From: Zootoca vivipara
Taxonomy: Eukaryota
Direction: 5' to 3'
Assembly (NCBI RefSeq): GCF_963506605.1
Contig: NC_083294.1
Span: 31,186,001-31,250,000, forward strand
Length of the DNA stretch: 64,000 nt
Part shown: one piece after another, positions 44,501 to 56,100 of the stretch
Numbering within the stretch: the first letter of the stretch is position 1
Layout of the letters: each line of letters begins with the position of its first letter
The notes under the pieces: generated by a model
What the model was told of the DNA's origin: nothing
What the model saw: the letters and a program-made list of their open reading frames with translations, nothing else
The model's database searches: none
Position numbers and translations under genes: made by a program

Positions 44501-46006
44501 GAGGAGACAGAAAAGCTGTTGGATTCTAGCCTCGGCCCACAAACAGAGGAAAAGAATCAAGAAACCCTGAACCCTGAGAGAGGAAGAGAAGAAGGGAGAT
44601 GGATGGGTGCAAAGACTGAAGAAACAGAGCAAGGGAAGTTAGCAGAGAAAGAGGAAGGACTCCTAATGAAGACAGGCGAAATGGACAAAGAGGACATCAC
44701 CCCTCAGAAAGTGAGGGAAGAGGAAATGGAAAATAAAGATAAAGGAATGATGGAGAGTCATTCTGGAGATGACCTGACAGGGTGTGAAACATCTGGAAGC
44801 AAGAAACGGTTAGAATTTGGGCAGTGGAAGCTTGAAGAACAGAGGGGGAAAGTGGAAGAGATTAATTCTGGGGCTTGGGATCAAAACAGAAAAGTGGATT
44901 TTCCAGTGCTGGAAGAAAAGGATGCAGAAAGAAGAGCCGTCCCTGGGAGCCCTGGGAAGGAATTAGGGGGAGTTGCAGGAAACCATGTGAACAGCAGCGT
45001 AGGGGAAGGGTTCATTAAAAGACCTTGTGAGACTGGAGTGGGCACTGGAGCAGAGAACTTCACAAGAGAGACGGAAGGATATGAGGCAAGTTGTGGGAAA
45101 CAAGAAGCCCAAACTCTTAAATTGTCAAGGGTACAGGGTGATAAGGGCTTTGGAGCAGAGGATCCCAAGGATGGGATTATAGTGGAGAGCCCTCAGGAAA
45201 GTAGTGAAAAAGGTGACTTCCAAATCCTTCCGGAAGGATCAAAGACAGAAGCAAGTGTGGCAACAGAAGCGAGGGAAAAGGTCAGTTCTGACTGGGAAAA
45301 CTGTGGTGGGCCAAGAAAGGAGAATTCTACTGGAGTGGAGGAGGAACTTAAAGGAGAAACAAAATTGGGAGAGAAAAGAAGAGAAGATAATGATAATTTC
45401 ATTCCAGAAGAGGAGACATGTTGCTGTGAAGCAGGCCCAGAGCATTGTGAGGGAGAGGCCGACCCAGAAGACTTAAAAAAAGTAGCAACTGATTATGTGA
45501 AAATAACATTAGATGTTAGGGCCAAGGAAGTGATAAGCCTTGAATCAGAGCATGCCAGCGAAGAGGGGGGTGGCCACAGAGAGGTAGCTGGATGTAGAGA
45601 GGAAGGAACTGAATTTGGTGACAGATCTAGGCTGTGCAAAGATGCACAAGGAGATGAGGTAGACCAAGAATGGTTCAAGGCAGAAATAAGCTTCAAAGCT
45701 GATGATCTGGAGATGGGAACGAGAGGGGAGGATTCTGAAACAGAGCAAGCAGATCTGCAAGTTAGGGGGGAAGAGCCAGAAGTGAAAACAGGCAGGGAAG
45801 CAGAAATGATTGTGGGGCAAGAATCTCTATGGGGCCATGGTGAGGTGTCAAGAAAGGAGGATGGAGATACAGAAGATATTTCATTGGCCACCCACTGCAG
45901 AGGAGACAAAAGCGAAGTGCTGGAGTTGACTGGATCTGGAGCAATGGGTGAGCTGAACATTTCTACCCTGAGACAACGCAACCTGATGAAAGAGGAAACC
46001 CAGTGA
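35430..46006 (+). CDS. AIPL1-like FKBP-TPR co-chaperone with long acidic C-terminal tail (842 aa), spliced: 35430-35525, 36499-36678, 38035-38223, 39712-39888, 41191-41332, 44262-46006
   Basis: The protein reads [20 protein letters not shown]../[71 protein letters not shown]/..[37 protein letters not shown]/..[15 protein letters not shown]. Exon sizes 96/180/189/177/142 equal those of AIPL1, and all junctions are GT-AG. Confidence 0.93.
36499..36678 (+). CDS. AIPL1-like exon 2 (FKBP domain)
   Basis: 180 bp, [14 protein letters not shown]. Confidence 0.94.
36991..37126. mobile_element. hAT MITE (136 bp), inverted relative to the 34518 copy
   Basis: Same TIR; 8-bp TSD CTCTGGAA. Confidence 0.88.
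38035..38223 (+). CDS. AIPL1-like exon 3
   Basis: 189 bp, [17 protein letters not shown]. Confidence 0.94.
38544..38598. repeat. (AAT)n microsatellite
   Basis: Seen directly. Confidence 0.95.
38598..39020 (-). mobile_element. L2/CR1-group LINE 3' fragment
   Basis: ORF end [52 protein letters not shown] and (AAT)n tail; related tails at ~56895, ~61020, ~63510. Confidence 0.85.
39712..39888 (+). CDS. AIPL1-like exon 4 (TPR1)
   Basis: 177 bp, [32 protein letters not shown]. Confidence 0.94.
41191..41332 (+). CDS. AIPL1-like exon 5 (TPR2)
   Basis: 142 bp, [23 protein letters not shown]. Confidence 0.94.
42522..43992. mobile_element. LTR-like insertion (composite) with 4-bp TSD
   Basis: Termini TGTTATAAGAA...TTCTTATAACA, TSD TCTG on both sides; it splits a MITE (42448-42521 / 43993-44067). 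Confidence 0.8.
44262..46006 (+). CDS. AIPL1-like exon 6 (TPR3 plus Glu-rich extension)
   Basis: ctag|AAAATGTCAAGGCT; open frame of 1745 nt to TGA; AATAAA at ~46538 and ~46717. Confidence 0.85.
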
Positions 46007-46059
46007 GGAGGCAGGTATGAAAAATAGTGGGTTGTAGAATCAGTTGCTAAGGCCTATGG

Positions 46060-46242
46060 CAGAGCTTTCCAAACTGTGTGTCACGACATGTTAGTTTGTT
46101 GGCTGCAGTGTGCTCCCCCCAGGGCTGGAAAGGGGGTAGTTTAACCTCCAGTTTGCTAGTAAAACTGAATTACTGTGTCACAAAATGATGCGTTTCTGTA
46201 AAAAAAAGTGTGTCACCAACATAAAAAGTTTGGAAAGCTCTG
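46060..46242. mobile_element. hAT-like MITE just downstream of the AIPL-like stop
   Basis: TIR CAGAGCTTTCCAAACT...AGTTTGGAAAGCTCTG. Confidence 0.7.
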
Positions 46243-46948
46243 GTCTGTGATGATATTGGGGAGCAGAGTCAGAGTGAAAGTGTGCTAGCTAATAATCTTT
46301 GACGTGGCTAGCTCATCTTGTTGAGAACAGGCAACTCAGGGTCTGGTGCAGTAATCAAAGGCTCAAGGAGGGAGCTGCCATTGCATCTACACCTAGGAAA
46401 ACAAGCATGCTTGCCCCTTCTTGGGTCTGCTGGTATTCTTTTCAGTTTCCTTCCTTAATTGAAGAATTGTCTGCAAAAAAAGTACTATACAGGGTCATCT
46501 TGCCATCCTCATCCAGCTACTGCACATGTACGCAGAAAATAAACCTCCTCCTTGCAACCACAGGCAAAGTCTAAAATTTCAGATGGAAGCTAGAGATGGG
46601 TTATGATTTCCATTCCCCTGCCCCAAAGATTCTTTGCAGATTTATTTTTAAAATTGTATTGTGCTATAGCTGTACAGTGCCTAGAGAACTAATTAATGAG
46701 GCTTCCAATGAATAGAAATAAAGCTGAAGGTGTTTTGAGAAAGGGACTGGTGCTCATGGTGGTGTTGATTATTCTTGCTGTTGCCCTGGCAAACAGGTTT
46801 TGCATTTGGTCAGAGAAGATATGGTCAGAGGGTATTTAAAAATGCATGAAGACCTGACTGCAAGGTTAAGGAGCTGCAGGACACTGCTGCTCAGTGTCAT
46901 CTGCTTACCCTCATCCCGTAAGTATTGTACAGTATATGGCATCTCCTA

Positions 46949-47297
46949 AAAGGTAAAGGAATAAAGGAACCCCTGACTGTTAAGTCCAGTCGTGAACGAC
47001 TCTGGGGTTGCGACAGTCATCTCGCTTTACTGGCTGAGGGAGCCGGCGTTTGTCCACAAGACAGTTTTTCCGGGTCATGTGGCTAGCATGACTAAGCCAC
47101 TTCTGGTGAAACCAGAGCAGCGCACGGAAACACTGTTTACCTTCCTGTTGGACTTTGACGTGCTTTCGAACTGCTAGGTGGGCAGGAGCTGGGACCGAGC
47201 AACGGGAGCTCACTCTGTCACAGGGATTCGAACCGCCGACCTTCCAATCGGCAAGCCCTAGGCTCTATGGTTTAGACCACAGCGCCACCCATGTCCC
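46949..47297 (-). mobile_element. Sauria SINE, full length
   Basis: Same family; 13-bp TSD ATGGCATCTCCTA at 46936-46948 and 47301-47313. Confidence 0.88.
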
Positions 47298-50200
47298 TGA
47301 ATGGCATCTCCTAGATATAGCTTAAAAACTGCCATTTTAACTTTTCCATTGTACCTTCTAATGTAGCTAAGGCATTGAGGGAAATGTTGAAATGGTGACA
47401 AAACTTTTGGCGGTATTAATATGCAGTGCAGCAAGTGGAAGAAAACACAGGACAAATGGAAGTGTGGATATAGGTCCTAAATTTTTTTTTTGGGGGGGGG
47501 GGAAATCTTTTTAAAGCATTTTTTTTCAGGCCACATGCAAAAAGGAACATAAAAAAGAACCTTATGCTCTTCTCAAGAAAGGCAAAATTCCTCCAAAACA
47601 AAAAAATGAAGCAACACAGCACTTCAGATACAAATTTATTCTTTTCCCCCAAAGCAGAAATGGAAAAGACTTCAGTGAAGACAGCACATTGTAACCAGTC
47701 ATTATTAGTTCTGTTCCCTTTAGAAAAAACCCCTCATTGCTCATTGTGCCCCTTTCATTTGCTTCAACAGAGACAAACACCCACCCACACCCCAGTGACC
47801 AAGCTGCAGTCCTTCTGTGTGAAGAGCTAGGAAAGCGATGAGCAAAATTCCAGGGAGTAGGCAGCAGAGAGGAAATCTCTTGTTACAGTATTTGCAGTGG
47901 GAAGTTGCAACGCTAATGAACAGGGTTCTGGGTCCCCAATGTTATTCAGAAAGTGGGATGGGGTGGCGGGGAGAACTAATAATGAAAGTGTGAGATTGAA
48001 GGATCCACCACATGCTACAGAGCAATTGTCCTTTTCAGGAATAATTGCCTCTCACCATATTAGTTTCTGTCTCTTATTGGCACACTGGAAAATAAATTAC
48101 ATATACTTCAAAAGCAACACAAATATTCTGCCAAGTGCAATAGGTGATTGCAATTCCTCTAATGCTAGGGGCACAGTCACAAGACTTAAGGTTTTACTTT
48201 CTGATAAGTAAATTGGTTGGCCTAATGTGTAAATTAGCTTGGGTGATGGTTCATAAAATTTAAAAGCAATGCTGCAATACTATCAATACAAACAAAAGAA
48301 TCGAGAAACTACACATCTTAGCACTGTAGGAAGCGATCAGATTAAACAACTTAAGTTTCTTAATATGGCCTACTAACAGTATTGTCCGTATTCTGTCTTG
48401 GGACACTGCAGACGAGATGAAGGAAGAGCACCAAGGGGTAGATAAGACCAGTTGGATGAATGAGTGGGCTTCTCTGCCTTGTAAGAATTGGGTAGAAGAT
48501 GGGATTTGGATATGTGCTGCTCTCTCCACGCTTCTGACTGAAAAACTGCCCCACCACAAATTACCTGTTCTATACAAGAGTTAAAGGTTAAAAGTAGGGA
48601 AGGGAAAGAAAGTACAATGCACTCACATCTCGCGTGGGGATACATTCCAGGAATGGCACATATATGCAAAAATGCATATACACAAACCACCCCCTTGGAA
48701 CCGCCCCCACACAATTGTACGTTCCCCACCCCATGAGCTTGGTAAGCAAGTCTGAGAGCTTAAAAGCCCTTTCCGCATCAGGAAAACACTGTGCAAAAAG
48801 AACATTTAAGCTCTCTGCCTCCCATGCATTTAATTTGTTTGATTTCAACCAGGTGGCCTTCAACCATGTCACACATGTTAAACACACATAAGCTGTGAGT
48901 TACCTGTACTTATTTTACATAACAAGGCGATTCTACCTAATTCACACTTTCCAAAGCCACATGAGAACCGAAACACAGCTGTCCTTCAAAAGTTGCACTT
49001 CCTCAAATGCATTCCTCAAGCCATGTAATGTGTACAAAAAATGCACTATATCACGGTAAAATGTCCATTAATATGCATATATAAAAATTCAAGAAAATAA
49101 CATATCCCAAAATGCATTATATTAGGGCAAATTGCTTTGCAAAAATGTGTATATTACACAAAATGTACTCAAATATATTAGAGATCCTTTGGACATCATA
49201 TGCTGGTGAGTTTTCACAAGGAGTTATTTAAAAAAGAAATTATAAGCTGATGTGGGAAAATGAGAAACTGAAACAGATTTGTTGATGTCCTATTTGAAAA
49301 AGCCCCTATTCTTCCTTTGCATCTGACTACCCATGAGTGTGGATTTGCCATTTGTCAATATCCTGGTTTTGCGGGCTAACATGGATACCAAGCTCCTGAT
49401 CATATACAATATCAGCACTTAACTCACATACAATAGTTCCATAATGACAGGACTTTGGGACCAAAGTCCAGGGTTTCATTCAGCAGAAAGAAGCAGGAGG
49501 GCCCTCAAAAGCAGCAGGGCTGGATTTACCATATTTTAAAGTAAAACAATATACATTCCCCAAGCCCACCCTGTTCTCTTTGAATGCCAGGATCATTACG
49601 TCCAGACTTAAAATTGCTTAGCTTGCACTGCAGCTCATGTGCCACTTTAGGAAAAGGAAACATGCTTCTCACCTCAAGAAAGGAGCACTATGTGTTCCTT
49701 CAGAAACAAGAAAAGAGGAAACACAGGGCATAGATTTCCTCCCCTCGGCAGATCATGTAAGCCAAGGCAGGGATAGGGAATCTGTGGCTCTCCAAATGTT
49801 GGATTCCAGCTCTCATCAGTCTTAGCCAGCTTGGCCAGTGAGCAAGGGTGATGAGAGCAAAATAACTGATGGTGCACAGGTTCTCAATCTCCGTCCTAAG
49901 CTCCTTCTTGCTAGTTTGAGTAACTACATGACCCCTGGGGATCTCTACCTGAGGCCCAATTCCAAAGTGGAGTTTCAGTTTCTTTGAAAACTAAGATGGC
50001 ATGTGGTGTTTGTTTTATTTTAAAATACAATTCAGAAACAACGACAATGTTGGTTTCTGCCGGGCTTTTTAGCTGTTCAACCATCAAACCAGAGTATTTT
50101 CTAGGCAGGAAGAATTGGCATATGCCCACTAAGAACATTCTTGGCCCAGACTTAAAGGTCCACCATTACAGAATATTTAACAGAATGCTCTTTGTCATGC

Positions 50201-53080
50201 TTTAAATCATGCTCACACAGCATAACTGGCAGTGCCTACAATCCCAATGGCCTAAAAACCCCACTTCCTTCTACAGCTACTGTGTGACACAAATCAGCCC
50301 ACTTCAATTAGTGTTTTCCTCATCTTCTTGGGAGCCTACAAGATTCTCAACAGCCAACATGCTGTAGCAGTCCACTAACATAAACCCCACACAAATTTAT
50401 GACAACATGCTACAACAACCCTCACAACCTACAATGCTTTCAACACATGTGACATTCCTTACAATCCGTAAATGCTGGTAAATTACATTTTGACCCATGG
50501 CACCACCAGCCATGGACTTAGCAAAACCCATTCTATAACTTGCATTTTTAAGGGTTTGCGTTTAGCCATTTAGCAATACTGCTACTTGAAAGTTGAGGCA
50601 GACCTCAAACATATAATTATCTTTTTTTATTTTTTGAGGTAGCAGCTTTGACTGCGTATATACTCTGCAAGCAACACCCACAAAGAACCTGCCACAGACA
50701 TGATATACAACACTGAATGCAGCAAAAGGCAAAGGCTTCAATACACTTAAATCTAAACTAGATTCCACACACTGTCTTTGCTTACAATTTACTGCCCACT
50801 ATTAATCACCTTTTACCATGGACTAGCACCTTTAACCAACAAACATAGGTATTTGCTTTAGGGCATAGTTCCCTACATTAGAACACTTCCATTAGTTGTC
50901 ATGAGCTGCCTTTTCCCTTGTGAGTTTGTCACCTGCATCCCCAAAACACAGCCTATCATGGACACCAGCTTCAGGAGATCCTGCAATGCCAGTTGATTAT
51001 ACTGGATCCCCAGTGCCCAACTAGGGGCAAAGTCCTGAGTGAATAGGCCATGACTGTGATGTTTATCTGCCTCTCCTTAAAGAGGAGAGGTGAGAAATTT
51101 TCAAGTTTAAATGGGAAACTTATGGTGTACAACAACCTTGTGCCAAGACTGCTCTTGGAATGGCCTGGGTCTGTCAACACAGCACCCAAGTGGTTTCTGC
51201 AGCATCAGAAGATTTGGGCTACATGAATAGCATAGTATGCTTTGTGCTAATCCGGTGTGTTTGGGGTTAGAATGGGAACTGCACAAATCAAGGCCATAAT
51301 ACCACTGAGAGCTGACCTTAATGGCAGTGGTTTCCAATGCTTTTTATTTATTTATTTTGCCATGCCTCTCTGTTTCTTTTCATTTGTCTTGTAGCCTATG
51401 GGAGATGCAGAGAGTCTGGTGCCTTTGCTATCCCAGTCAGGGAAATAAGCCACATTCCATAACTTTCTCTCAGCTGGAGATATGGAGGCAGCAGTTCTAC
51501 CATAGCAATTGCTAACCAAGGGAAGAGCCTTGAGCTGCCTGATCAACAACAGCCCAGATTTAAAAATACACCCCTGTTTAAAATGATTATGGGATCATAC
51601 TAGCTTAAATCTAAGCAACCCAGCCTAACTAGAGGCCTAATTATTCAGACCCCAGTTCTTCTGAATGGTTGCAATCTACCTGAAAGGAAGTGGGGACACC
51701 TGTTTATTTTCCAACATAACTAGCTGTGCTGCTGAGCATAGTTCAAAAGAAGTCCTTCTTGGTCACTCAGAAGCGCAGACATGCTCTGCTTTCAAGTGCT
51801 CCTGCAACTGAATATTTTGTACTGCTTTTGACCTGTGTGACTTGGTTAGGAGCACCATGCATAGGAAGCTCAAGATAGCAGCTATCCATATGCTTCTTAA
51901 GTTTGCCGTTGCCACACACAAATTGATCCAAAGAGGGAGGGACTGGACCCCATAGCACAATGCGTAAATCAACTCTATAGATGGCAGCAGATTCTGACTC
52001 CCAACAACCTTTGTTTGCAGGAGGTCACTCAGATGGAGATTATTCCAACTCCAAAAGGAAGCAGGCAGGCCTAGGCTCTTTGGAAGAAGCTGCTGGGGCA
52101 GACAAAGAGAAGAGAGGGAGCTGCCTCCCATCACATAAAAAAAGCAGATTTTGGAACAGAGCAGAACTGCAAATCCAAAGTAAACACATAACAAGGAATT
52201 AGAATTTAATGCATGAGGAAGTCCATTACAGTGCTTAAATACAATATATATAATATGTATTTATATATTATGTATATATATATATATATGTAAATTAAAA
52301 CAATAAGGCTCTCTGTTATAAAGCTTCTCTCACATAAGGCTGCTGTTACTGCCATTGAAACAATAATATGTTTTAAAGCCTGCTCCTCTCCCTCATTTTA
52401 CCATGAGATTTAATCTGGGCCTTGTCTCCTCCTTCCACTGAGCTTGGAAGAAGATACGGAGGTACCCGGGCGCTTGCAAGTTCCTTTTGCAACATACCAA
52501 CTCTTTTCTTTTGTTTTTTCTATAAAGGTTTTGGATTTCTTCCCAGCTTAAAGGTTCTTCATGGTTTATCGGTCACTGTGAGACAATTCCAGTCCCCATA
52601 AAGCCACCATCCTGTGAAGGCCACAGATCATTCACTTGGCCAAAATCCACTATAGGTCATTTCCTGACTCACAACCAAAACTGGCCCAGAAAAAGTGACA
52701 GTCCACAACACAAACTGTAGAGGGCGGGGGGAAGCTATTCATGTCAGTTTGTAGTTTGCACAGAAAGGCACCACCATGTGCCCTTGTTTCCTTCCTTTCA
52801 GAGTTCCTTGAATCTAGACATGTGTCAGCATCTAGTTTTGACCTCATCTGGATTTGGGGTACGTAACCCTGGATTGCCCTTCCAAAGGAAACGCTCTGTA
52901 GATACACCAAAGGAGTGCTCTCCTGGAAGCCAAACCCTGCAAGGATGCTGGTGAGCTTCTGCTGAGGGTGTCCCCTTAAGGATCCGAGTGAAGTCTGTCA
53001 CACAGAGGGGAGGAGAGAGGAAGGGAGAGTAGCAGCTGCTGAGGAACTGGTTAGACAAAGCCTCTCACTTGCAGGAGGTG

Positions 53081-53100
53081 TTAGATAAGGGAAGTTGGAC
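53081..53100 (-). CDS. DRP2: Candidate DRP2 terminal coding mini-exon (GPTSLI*) opening the 3'UTR exon
   Basis: Strong acceptor tgttttgttttctctttcag|GTCCAACTTCCCTTATCTAA, in phase with the donor at 55983. Confidence 0.5.
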
Positions 53101-56100
53101 CTGAAAGAGAAAACAAAACAGGGTCGCATCCAGTGGAATGTGTGCCTGCTGGATTCATGTTATAAAGCTTGTCTCCAGATTGTGTCTTTGTTTTTTAAAA
53201 AAACAGGAGGGATTCACTGGCATACCAGAAATCTGGGTTTGTGCAATTCATGAATTAAATTCTGGCTTAACAAAACCGTTATCACACACACAAACACCCT
53301 CAATATTGGACTGCTTGCAGCTAGGGAAGAGATGGGGAAATGCACTAAAAAATATGGGACAACGATCAATTGGCAGGAAGATGTATAACCTCCATGCAAA
53401 CAAATCAAGATGAATGCACATTGTTGTATAACCTCCCCACAAACAGATCAGGATGAATGTTCAATAAACAGGTTGCCTGGAGAAGCCCAAGGATATTCAG
53501 AGTTATACCCAGAGGCAGTTTGGAGAGTGGAAGTGTTAAAGGCTTGTGTATATGTGTATCATGTACAGACAATTTGTATTTGATAATAGTGCTAGTAAGT
53601 TGTGTTGATCCCCCACCCTGTAATGTTTTGGGCCCTTCTTCATTTTTAGCACAGAAATTAGTATCTCAAGACAACAGGTGTAAAAACTTTTAACAAAATG
53701 CTACTTGGTAAGTATATAAGGCTTACGGACAAACATTAAAGGAAAAAGCAGGCATGCACACAATCCGATTATATTCACAATGGAGCTTAGTTAAATCACC
53801 CATCCCACCCACGATTTCCACCCATCCATATATATTACTGTGTCGCATAAAGATGACATTTGAGGCTGCAACCTTAGAGGCCATGAGGCTATATTGGCTC
53901 TCTTTCTCTGGTACTGGATCATCCCTCCCCACCATTTTTGAGAACTCTGGCCTGGCCCAAAGGATATCACAGCTCTGACCTTGGTAGGAGTCAGGGGTTT
54001 GTGTTGGAGCATTTGCGAGACATACCAGAGTGGGAAGAGGACTGGGAAATGTCTTGGTTCTAAATGATCCTGAGTTTTTCTTAGCGGCTGAAATTCCCCC
54101 AAACCAGGCAAATTTTTAGATCTCTTAAAGGGAGGGAAATAGTGGCATTCCTTTTTATTTTTTAACCCACAAAATGACAGGAGGAATGCAAGAGCCTTTC
54201 TTCACCCTCCCTGTCGGCAACACACTGTTAGTCCTTCTAGGACTGGTTCTGCACCAGAGCTCAGCTGATTGTGTCCCACATCCTGTTCAGTGGGCATTTT
54301 CTTTTGAGTTTAAGCCTGGGTGCATTGGAAGAAAAGAAACCATTCTTTCCTTTGAACTTGGGCCACCTGACACCTGGCAATGTCAGGCGATTGACAATTT
54401 GGCAACTCTGCCCGCCTGTCAAAGTGATGAGGAGCAGAGTTTCCACCCTGTTCATTACGTTTGCAGCAATTCTACAGGGTTTCAGAGGCTGGGGGAAAAG
54501 CCATACTGAGGAAATATTAAATCTTTACACTCAAACTATGGCTGCATACACACCATATATTTAAAGCACACCATATATATATTTACCCACCCTAAACAGA
54601 ATCCTGGGGACTGTAGTTTGATAAGGGTGCTGGAAATTGTAGCTCTGTGAAGGGTGAACTACAGTTCCCAGGGCGGTTTAGGGGAGAATGTCTTCGAATG
54701 TATAGTGTGTGTATGCAGCCAGTGTCTTGCAGCTATCCACACTTACTTTTCCTCTGCTCTTTCCAGGCCCGGTCCGTGATTTAAAGCTCCGTGGTGTTTT
54801 TTTGCTCCAGAGCTGTCTCTGTGAAAACTCTTTAAAGTTCAATCAGGGCAAATGTCAATCTGCGGGAAACCTAAATTTTCTCTGCTTCAGTTTTAAAGAG
54901 CCGGTTCTGGAAGGAGAAATCTCAGAGCAAAAAAAACCCCCACTTGGATGCAGAGCATTTAAGTGCGGACCTCTGCTTGGAAAGAATGCATGGGTTTTAT
55001 TAATTCTTAAAACAAGTTTGTCAATGACACAACACGTTGAGCCACGAAATCTTTATGTTCTCTTTCATTAGCGATTTCCCTGAGATATATTTCTCAGTAA
55101 TATAAGATATAAGAGGTGAAGAAAGCCTTAGGCCTATTATGCCACTGTGAGGGGGGGAAAGGGAGGCCAATGGTTATGCCCATCAAATAAAAACGGACAC
55201 ACTGGCAAAAGCAGTAAGGCTAGGTTATACAGGTTTGGTATGCCAGACATCAATGCCGTAAGCAGCCAGACCAGCAGCAACACAATAGCTAATACCAGCT
55301 GATGCCCACGGTCAGCTTTGAACAAGTCATCTAGGAGAACTTGAGAGACTTCTTCAGGAAGGCCAGGGGGTGTGGTCTTTGCCCTGTTAGGGAAAAAAGG
55401 GCCTGTGACTCCAGGGGCCTACAACCCTCATCAGCGGTTCTTTATGCATGGGAAGCAAATGGTCGGTGGGGAGGGGGAATCCCTGTGCTAGCTCCGGCCC
55501 CCATTTGCCATCCTGGTCAGCCTTCCATTTGTATAGGAAGACTGAAGTGGGAAGCCTCCTATACTCATGGAGACTCCCCATATATTTTAGAACCCCGATC
55601 TTTCATGTTTCTAAAACATGTGGGGAACTTCCACAAACTCAGGTAAAAAAGGCTGCGGTGAGGATGGCAAGCTTCAAGGGTTACAGTGCAACTGTGCAAC
55701 TTTTTGGACCTCTGCAGCACATTTTAGACCACTGCTCGTGCCTTGGGCTCTCCAGTAAGGCACACTGCTTTCAGTAGGGGCCGCCATTTTAATTTACCTC
55801 AGTAATCCAGAGATGGGGAATCTATGGCCCTCCAGATGTTGCTGGGCCTACCATTCCCATCATCCCTGGACATTGAGCCCCACTGGCTGGGGCTGATGGG
55901 AATCCGGGTCCATAAGCACCTGAAGGGACACAAAGTATCCCATCCCTGATGATGTAGGCACAGATGATTTAATGCACTGTACCTCCAGTGTTGGGAAAAG
56001 CATTCCGAAGCTTCTCCATGATATCCTCCAGACACAGACTGACGTCCTGAGTACTCACCTCCACCTCATCTAAGAGAAAGAAAAATGAGTCAAAGGGGGG

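Noticed and set aside
44258-45981. Several Ser/Phe/Leu-rich minus-strand ORFs
   Set aside because: They are shadows of the purine-rich Glu-coding strand.
47300-53080. An additional gene between the AIPL-like gene and DRP2
   Set aside because: I found no spliceable coding exons. The region is most simply a long DRP2 3'UTR or intergenic DNA, and its end cannot be fixed from sequence alone.
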